Source of the DNA: Thalia democratica
Lineage: Eukaryota
Reading direction: 5' to 3'
Length of the DNA stretch: 64,000 nt
Assembly (NCBI GenBank): GCA_965202585.1
Contig: OZ241829.1
Coordinates: 57,784,001-57,848,000, forward strand
Part shown: piece after piece, positions 63,601 to 64,000 of the stretch
Layout: every line of letters starts with the position of its first letter
Numbering within the stretch: the first letter of the stretch is position 1
Program-made: the position numbers and the translations under genes
Notes under the pieces: generated by a model
What the model saw: the letters and a program-made list of their open reading frames with translations, nothing else
What the model was told of the DNA's origin: nothing
Databases searched by the model: none

Positions 63601-64000
63601 TTGAAATCTGACATAAAAAAGCTACTGAATAAGAAAATGATTATAGTCTTTTCAGATAAAACATCAAACTTATACTATATGAATGCAAATAAATACAAGA
63701 AGCTAATGAAAAATAGCATAACTAGCAAATATTCAATTGACAACGAAAATACCATTAATGACATTAACAACGAAGCAGCACAAATCCTAAGTAAACAAAT
63801 GAGTTTAAAGAACAAAAAAGTTCCAAAATATGAAGTCAATGAAGCATTCCTTTCTATCAAAGACCATAAAGCGAACTTTCCACACGATATCAACTGTAGA
63901 ATAATTAATTCATCTAAAACCCACTTAGGCAAACTTTCAAGAACCATTCTACAAAAACACATAACAACCATAAGAAAAAAATCCATGCTTAGCCAATGGA
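63601..64000 (+). mobile_element. Penelope-like retroelement RT N-terminal region, open frame running off the window end
   Basis: LKSDIKKLLNKKMIIVFSDKTSNLYY...AFLSIKDHKANF...CRIINSSKTHLGKLSR...SQW resembles the PLE signature ADKT.NLY / KDHK.NF / CRLINP.K..LG. Confidence 0.82.

Noticed and set aside
63675-63986. 103-aa minus-strand ORF
   Set aside because: Antisense shadow of the plus-strand Penelope RT frame.

Overview
Very AT-rich eukaryotic genomic DNA with GT-AG spliced genes; the composition and repeat content are suggestive of a cnidarian such as Hydra (inference). Three protein-coding loci are supported. (1) An intronless, highly divergent Chk2/CAMK-like kinase at 5670-6896 (+), with a degenerate FHA-like N-terminus, no glycine-rich loop, and HLD/DFD/SPQ in place of HRD/DFG/APE. 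(2) An 18-exon FGD/frabin-family Cdc42 GEF at 7763-40504 (-), with a long low-complexity N-terminus followed by DH-PH-FYVE-PH; the exons were assembled by hand with consistent splice phases and give 4290 nt / 1429 aa. Several extra in-frame candidate alternative exons lie in its introns. (3) Eight 3' exons of a WDR54 homologue at 53313-60950 (-), whose first exon was not found. Introns and intergenic DNA carry three Penelope-like retroelement fragments, four degenerate minimal hammerhead-ribozyme motifs, an RTE LINE fragment, a decayed hAT transposase, and several MITE/foldback elements with readable 6-, 7- and 9-bp target-site duplications. No rRNA, tRNA or CRISPR array is supported. All family assignments come from recalled motifs, not database searches.
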